Of a stretch of 64,000 bases of DNA, positions 58,984 through 64,000 are shown piece by piece. The stretch comes from an uncultured Alphaproteobacteria bacterium (GTDB taxonomy: Bacteria > Pseudomonadota > Alphaproteobacteria > Methylaequorales > Methylaequoraceae), in assembly GCA_902613995.1 (NCBI GenBank), contig CACMJG010000005.1, positions 13,542 through 77,541 of the forward strand, read 5' to 3'. How positions within the stretch are numbered: the stretch's first letter is position 1; the number at the start of each line of letters is the position of its first letter. Under the pieces are notes generated by a model that did no database searches, had not been told where the DNA came from, and saw nothing but the letters and a program-made list of their open reading frames with translations. The position numbers were made by a program, and so were the translations under genes.

Positions 58984-59790
58984 CTAGCGTGCAGATAATT
59001 TTTTTGTTACATCAATTTCTGATTGAAGCATCTTACCACATCCATTAAATGCTTGTTGAGTTCTAAGCATCAAAATTATTTCATCAGTAATATCAGTATT
59101 TGATTTTTCAAGAAATCCTGCTTGTATTTTTCCAATTGTTCTTTCCTTTGGAGCACCAAATGTAGGAAGACCACTTTCAGGTGTTTCATTAAATCTTGCA
59201 TTTCCAATATTTTTTAAACCATGCTCATTTACAAAATCAGCTAATTCAATTTGACCTACTTTTACTATTGTGTCTAAACCGTAAGTTGCACTGATCAAAC
59301 CTTCGCTGTCAACAGATATTTCAGTTAATAATTCAGGATTACCCTCCTCAGTTGGTGCACCAAGAAATGGTATATTAATAGGTGTTTGACCAATTCCAAG
59401 AAGTGGTAAACCGTCAGTATTAACAAGATTACCCTCTCTATCCAATTGGAAAGAACCATCTCTAGTAAAAGCTCGTTCTTGCGGTGCAGTATTCAAACCT
59501 CTTCCTAAAGGTTGTCCTAAAACAAAGAATCCTTCACCCATTATTGCTAAATCTAAACTTCCATTGGTTGCTTGCAATGATCCTTGAGAAAAGCTTTGTC
59601 TTGGTTTTATTGTTTTAACACCCATTCCTGTTGCCTTTTCAGTGGAATTATTGTGTTGAGAATGATAAAGGTCTTCAAACTGTGCCTCACTTTTTTTAAA
59701 ACCATTTGTTCCAGCATTTGCTATATTGTTTGAAATTACAGCTAAGTCTCTATTTGCGGCATCTAGTCCAGTTCGAATTATTGAAAACAT
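58984..59790 (-). CDS. Flagellar hook/rod family protein (FlgG-sized, with FlgE-like motifs)
   Basis: VISNNIANAGTNGFKK, DLAIMGEGFF, FTRDGSF, LEKSNTDI..E. Lacks the FlgG-specific RQPG..SS...PSGLQIG segment. Confidence 0.85.
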   Translation of the reverse strand: MFSIIRTGLDAANRDLAVISNNIANAGTNGFKKSEAQFEDLYHSQHNNSTEKATGMGVKTIKPRQSFSQGSLQATNGSLDLAIMGEGFFVLGQPLGRGLNTAPQERAFTRDGSFQLDREGNLVNTDGLPLLGIGQTPINIPFLGAPTEEGNPELLTEISVDSEGLISATYGLDTIVKVGQIELADFVNEHGLKNIGNARFNETPESGLPTFGAPKERTIGKIQAGFLEKSNTDITDEIILMLRTQQAFNGCGKMLQSEIDVTKKLSAR

Positions 59791-59800
59791 GACTTATCAC

Positions 59801-59816
59801 AGCAAATAGTATGCCA
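59801..59816 (-). promoter_or_regulatory. sigma-54 promoter for the FlgE/G-family gene
   Basis: TGGCATACTATTTGCT (GG-N10-GC); predicted +1 falls on the ATG at 59790. Confidence 0.82.
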
Positions 59817-59860
59817 TTTTTCTTGTTGGTTTGTATTTTTAGTAGTATATTCATCAAATT

Positions 59861-59936
59861 GGGCGGATAGCTCAGTTGGGAGAGCAATTGCTCGACACGC
59901 AATAGGTCGCAGGTTCGAACCCTGTTCCGCCCACCA
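59861..59936 (+). tRNA. tRNA-Val(GAC), encoded CCA
   Basis: GGGCGGA/TCCGCCC acceptor stem, AGCTCAG D-arm, ATTGC-TCGACAC-GCAAT anticodon arm, GGTTCGAACC T-loop. Confidence 0.96.
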
Positions 59937-59942
59937 GAGTTT

Positions 59943-61043
59943 TTGATTATGACGAGAAGAAAATTTATAAAAAAATCTATTTCTGCAAGCTTATTTGGGG
60001 GTGCAGTAGCAAGTTCTTTGTTTTTTCCAAATATTGTTAGCTCAAAGAAAAAACATACATGGGTAGCAGTTTCTGCCTTCGACAAAGCTGGGATTTTGGG
60101 AAGGTCCTTTGCAAGGCTATGCGATGAAATAACCCGAATTTCTGAGGGAGAACTTAATATTAGGCTTTTTCATGCAAACGAATTGGTTGGTGCTTTTGAG
60201 TCATTTGACGTAGTCCAAAGTGGAACTTGTCAAATGGGATTTGGATCTCCATACTATTGGACAGGTAAGTCTCCTGCAATATCTTTTTTATCAGGAATTC
60301 CATTTGGTTTTAATCAACAGGAGATGGCAGCTTGGTTCTATCATGGAGATGGATTAAAATTAGCAAATAAAGTTTATAATGAATTAAACCTAAAATTTTT
60401 TCCGGCTGGTAATACAGGAAATCAAATGGGAGGTTGGTTCAATAAATCAATCAATGAAGTTACCGATTTCAAAGGTCTAAAATTTAGAATGCCTGGTTTA
60501 GGTGGAGAAGTGTTAAAAAGTTATGGAACCAATGTGGTATTGCTTCCTGGACCTGACGTTGTTCCTGCAATAACATCTGGTACAATAGACGGTACTGAAT
60601 GGATTGGCCCTGCTGCTGATTTAGGGAAAGGCTTACATAAAGTTTGTAATTACTATTATTATCCTGGATGGCATGAACCTGGCACTTGTCTTGAATCATT
60701 CATAAATCTTGACTCTTGGAACAAACTTAGCAACGGACTCCAAAAATTAGTAGAAGCTTCCTGCGCCAAATCTAATTCGATGATTGCTTCAGAATTCTTT
60801 GCAAGAAATTGCTTTGCTGTCAAAAAATTGAAAGATCAATATAACGTCTCATTTATGAGGTATAATGATAAAGTTCTTAAACTTCTTAAGCGAAGGTCCG
60901 ATGAGGTTGTTTCCGAAATAGCAGCAAAAGATAAGATGTCGAGAGAACTATTTGAAAATATTATTTCATTTAGAGAATTAGCTATTTTTTGGTCACACTA
61001 CTCTGAAGCAGATTACTTAAATGCAAGAATTTTGAACAATTAA
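59943..61043 (+). CDS. dctP: TRAP transporter substrate-binding protein (TakP-like, Tat signal)
   Basis: TRRKFIK Tat leader; YYWTG, GNTG.QMGGWF, FRMPGLGG, DGTEW.GP, YYYPGWHE. Confidence 0.9.
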   Translation: MIMTRRKFIKKSISASLFGGAVASSLFFPNIVSSKKKHTWVAVSAFDKAGILGRSFARLCDEITRISEGELNIRLFHANELVGAFESFDVVQSGTCQMGFGSPYYWTGKSPAISFLSGIPFGFNQQEMAAWFYHGDGLKLANKVYNELNLKFFPAGNTGNQMGGWFNKSINEVTDFKGLKFRMPGLGGEVLKSYGTNVVLLPGPDVVPAITSGTIDGTEWIGPAADLGKGLHKVCNYYYYPGWHEPGTCLESFINLDSWNKLSNGLQKLVEASCAKSNSMIASEFFARNCFAVKKLKDQYNVSFMRYNDKVLKLLKRRSDEVVSEIAAKDKMSRELFENIISFRELAIFWSHYSEADYLNARILNN

Positions 61044-62419
61044 ATTTGATTAGGAAGCCACGTTATAATTGTTGGAAATTTGTACAAGATTATTAATAAA
61101 AATATTTGGATTATAATAAAAGGTATCACACCTTGATAAATATCACTGGTTTTTATTTCCGTTGGACTTACTCCCCTTAGATAAAATAAAGCAAAACCAA
61201 AAGGGGGTGTTAGAAAACTTGTTTGCAGGTTAATTGCAAACATTATTGCCAACCAAACTGGATCATAACCTAAAGCAATTAAAGATGGTCCTACAATTGG
61301 AACAATTACAAAGACAATTTGAAAAAAATCTAAAAAAAATCCCAATAAAAAAATCACAATCATCACGATCAATAACGATGTAACTGCACCTCCAGGAATA
61401 CTAGAAATAAAGTTTTCAACAATAAGGTCACCGCCAAAACCTCTAAAGACTAGTGAAAATAAAGATGCTCCGATAAGAATAAAAAAAACCATTGATGAGA
61501 TTTTTAATGTTTCTTCACACGCTGACATTAAAGATTTTAATTCTATTTTTTTTTTAATGGATAAAATTATGGAGCCCAAAGCGCCTAATGACGCCGATTC
61601 AGTAGGTGTTGCAATTCCAAATAAAATAGATCCTAAGACAACTATTATCAAACTTAAAGGTGGTAATATGATTTTTATAATTTCTGTTATGTTCAATGAA
61701 GATTTTTTTAAGTTTTTGTCAATCGGAAATAAGCCGGGATTATAAAGTGAACATAAAAATATCCACATAAAGTAAAAACTGACTAATAGTAAGCCTGGAA
61801 TAATTGCACCAGCAAATAAATCAACACTGCTCACCGGATCTGGGGCTAGTTCACCTGAAATGGCAGATGCCTGTTCATTTGCACCTTGAAAAACGTCTGC
61901 TAAAAGAACAAGTACAATCGATGGTGGAATAATTTGACCTAGAGTACCGCTTGCACAGATAACTCCAGTAGATATTTTTTTATTGTATTTCCACTTAATC
62001 ATCAATGGAAGAGATAATATCCCCATAGTTACAACTGTTGCGCCGACTATACCAGTAGATGCTGCCATAAGGACTCCAACAATTAAAATGGAGTAGACCA
62101 ATCCACCTTTTTTTTCCCCCCAAATCTTGCTCATATTTTCCAGTAACTCATTTGCTATCCCAGATTTCTCAAGCATCACTCCCATGAAAATAAAAAGTGG
62201 CACTGCAATTAAGGTCTCATTAGTCAAAATTCCAAAAATTCTATTTGGTAATACACTTATTAAAACAAGAGGAAATATGTCAAAAAGAAAACCAATCACT
62301 CCAACAATAATCGCTGTTCCAGCTAGCGTTAAAGCTACTGGATAGCCCATCAATAAAAAAATCGCTAAGATAATGAATAAAAATAATGCGAAAAATTCTT
62401 GATTAAGAAATTCAGTCAT
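61040..62419 (-). CDS. dctM: TRAP transporter large permease
   Basis: AVPLFIFMG, AASTGIVGA, SGTLGQIIPPS, FLTPPFG. Confidence 0.93.
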   Translation of the reverse strand: MTEFLNQEFFALFLFIILAIFLLMGYPVALTLAGTAIIVGVIGFLFDIFPLVLISVLPNRIFGILTNETLIAVPLFIFMGVMLEKSGIANELLENMSKIWGEKKGGLVYSILIVGVLMAASTGIVGATVVTMGILSLPLMIKWKYNKKISTGVICASGTLGQIIPPSIVLVLLADVFQGANEQASAISGELAPDPVSSVDLFAGAIIPGLLLVSFYFMWIFLCSLYNPGLFPIDKNLKKSSLNITEIIKIILPPLSLIIVVLGSILFGIATPTESASLGALGSIILSIKKKIELKSLMSACEETLKISSMVFFILIGASLFSLVFRGFGGDLIVENFISSIPGGAVTSLLIVMIVIFLLGFFLDFFQIVFVIVPIVGPSLIALGYDPVWLAIMFAINLQTSFLTPPFGFALFYLRGVSPTEIKTSDIYQGVIPFIIIQIFLLIILYKFPTIITWLPNQI

Positions 62420-62928
62420 TTTTTTTTGAAAAAATCAAAGATTCTGTGAATTAATTCCATCGATAAAAGTATTCCCATAAAGAAGATAAAAAATTTCAAA
62501 ATGTAAATATTTTGAAGACCACCGGTTTCTTTTGAATCCTCACTTATTAGAAATGATCTCAGAAAGTAGTCATAACCTTTGGTAATAAGAAAAAAACAAA
62601 ATGGCAATCCAAATATAATAGATCCAATCAAATTAACTTTATTTTTTTTAATCTCATTAAAATTTCTGTAAAGAATGTCAATTCTCACGTGTCCATCTTT
62701 GTTTAGGGTGTAGGCAATACCAAACAAAATAAAACAAGCGTGAGTCCAAATATAAAGATCTTGCAACCATGTAAATCCTATCGAAAAAATATATCTTAAT
62801 ATCACTGATAGGCTTACTAAAGTAATTAAAACCAAGATGAAGATAGAAGCCATATTTCCAAAAAATAAATTAATCTTCTTAAGCGAGATTTTTGGTATGA
62901 ATTTTTTCACTAAATGATTGTAATACAT
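62416..62928 (-). CDS. dctQ: TRAP transporter small permease
   Basis: Four TMs; LRYIF, GHVRIDILY. Confidence 0.9.
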   Translation of the reverse strand: MYYNHLVKKFIPKISLKKINLFFGNMASIFILVLITLVSLSVILRYIFSIGFTWLQDLYIWTHACFILFGIAYTLNKDGHVRIDILYRNFNEIKKNKVNLIGSIIFGLPFCFFLITKGYDYFLRSFLISEDSKETGGLQNIYILKFFIFFMGILLSMELIHRIFDFFKKK

Positions 62929-62973
62929 TTTCTTTGATTGACAAATTTTTAGAATTAATTATTAAATAGACTC

Positions 62974-63099
62974 ATGAAAGTGTTAAGATCAATTAAATCT
63001 GCAAAATCTAGACACAGAGATTGTCGTGTGGTGAAACGAAAAGGTAGACTCTATGTAATAAATAAAACAGATGCACGATTTAAAGCTAGACAAGGTTAA
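62974..63099 (+). CDS. rpmJ: 50S ribosomal protein L36 (missed by ORF track)
   Basis: Manual translation: [41 protein letters not shown]. Confidence 0.96.
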   Translation: MKVLRSIKSAKSRHRDCRVVKRKGRLYVINKTDARFKARQG

Positions 63100-64000
63100 C
63101 TAATTTTAGCTATTCTTAAGTTATTGGTTGAGCCTGATACTCCAATAGGTGCTCCAGCTGTTATAACAACATAATCTCCTTTTTTTACAATTCTTTCCTT
63201 TTTTGCCACATCGCATGCGTTTTCAATCATTCCTGAAAAACTTTTTGGCTCTAATGCGTGAATGTTGTGGACTCCCCAAATTAAAGCAAGTTGCCTAGCT
63301 GTAAGTCTCTCAGGAGATAAACCTATAATAGGGACAGTTGGTCTTTCTCTCGCTGCTCTTTTTGCAGTTCCTCCAGATCTGGTATAGGTAAATATTGCTT
63401 TGGCTAAAACAGTTTTTACAACCTGAGATGCAGCTGAACTTATTGCATCTGAGGTAGTTTCTTCAAGTTTTATTTTTTTACTCTCTAATAGCTGTCTATA
63501 TGAAAAATCATTTTCCACACCTCTTATAATTCTGTCCATAATTTTCACAGATTCTATAGGAAATTTGCCTGATGCTGTTTCAGCTGAAAGCATAACACAG
63601 TCAACAGAATCGAATACAGCAGTAGCGACATCTGAAGCTTCAGCTCTTGTTGGTGACGGAGAATTAACCATTGAATCAAGCATTTGAGTTGCAACAACAA
63701 TTGGCTTTCCATGATTCCTACAAGCATCAACAAGTCTTTTTTGTATAATGGGTACTTCCTCTGGTGGCATTTCAACTCCCAGATCGCCCCGGGCTACCAT
63801 TGCAGCATCACAATGTTTTAATATTTCTTCCATTCTTTTTATTGCAAGCGGTTTTTCAAATTTAGCCATGATTGCTGTTTGATCACCAGTAATTTTTTTA
63901 AGTTTAAGTAGATCATTAGCTTTTTGTACAAATGATAACGCTACATAATCAAGACTGAGGTTGAGACACAATTCCAAATCTTTGATATCTTTTTTGGTTA
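63096..64000 (-). CDS. pyk: Pyruvate kinase, C-terminal part (5' end beyond the window)
   Basis: [31 protein letters not shown]...[18 protein letters not shown]. The frame stays open to the window edge. Confidence 0.95.
   Translation of the reverse strand, partial: TKKDIKDLELCLNLSLDYVALSFVQKANDLLKLKKITGDQTAIMAKFEKPLAIKRMEEILKHCDAAMVARGDLGVEMPPEEVPIIQKRLVDACRNHGKPIVVATQMLDSMVNSPSPTRAEASDVATAVFDSVDCVMLSAETASGKFPIESVKIMDRIIRGVENDFSYRQLLESKKIKLEETTSDAISSAASQVVKTVLAKAIFTYTRSGGTAKRAARERPTVPIIGLSPERLTARQLALIWGVHNIHALEPKSFSGMIENACDVAKKERIVKKGDYVVITAGAPIGVSGSTNNLRIAKIS

Noticed and set aside
35067-59860. Prophage, ICE or IS explanation for the accessory region
   Set aside because: No integrase, transposase, phage genes or att-like duplication of either tRNA 3' end seen by eye.
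59750-60085. 111-aa minus-strand ORF
   Set aside because: Antisense to tRNA-Val and dctP (GGRNRVRTCDL is the typical tRNA reverse translation).
62974-63099. Zn-ribbon-free L36, L33 and S18 as a zinc-sparing adaptation
   Set aside because: These C-minus forms are the normal alphaproteobacterial versions, so they are not informative.

Overview
AT-rich, very compact bacterial chromosome segment. The housekeeping gene order is alphaproteobacterial and looks like a genome-streamlined marine lineage (inference): rpsF-rpsR-DUF2232-rplI; fabD-fabG-acpP-fabF-mltG-gmk; lptF-lptG-lptD-surA-pdxA-rsmA divergent from pepA-holC-ndk; purM-purN/DUF2066-hda; rnd/aspS; ruvX-CoA transferase-pyrB-pyrC-plsY-topA-rnr-DUF983-rpmG; gatCAB. 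Between tRNA-Ser(GCT) at 34975 and tRNA-Val(GAC) at 59861 lies a ~24.8 kb accessory region with (i) a UV/oxidative-stress block (two photolyases, DUF393, DUF2256, peroxiredoxin) and (ii) a ~17.8 kb flagellar module. The module is gammaproteobacterial-type rather than alphaproteobacterial-type: flgBCDEF, flgP-flgT-LysM-flgA-flgM-(flgN?), flhA-flhF-flhG/fleN-fliA, plus a lone FlgE/G-family gene. Each of its four transcription units is headed by a clear sigma-54 (-24/-12) site. Its most unusual parts are a 1278-aa hook protein with a ~860-aa nested-repeat insert, a second minimal hook/rod-family paralog, a stand-alone FimV-like LysM protein, a degenerate FlhF and several unknown genes. A TRAP transporter, rpmJ and a truncated pyk close the window. 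Several real short genes are absent from the ORF track (rplI fragment, COX subunit IV-like, rpmG, DUF2256, rpmJ). I found no CRISPR array, integrase or transposase. All calls are by eye from motifs and gene order, with no database search.
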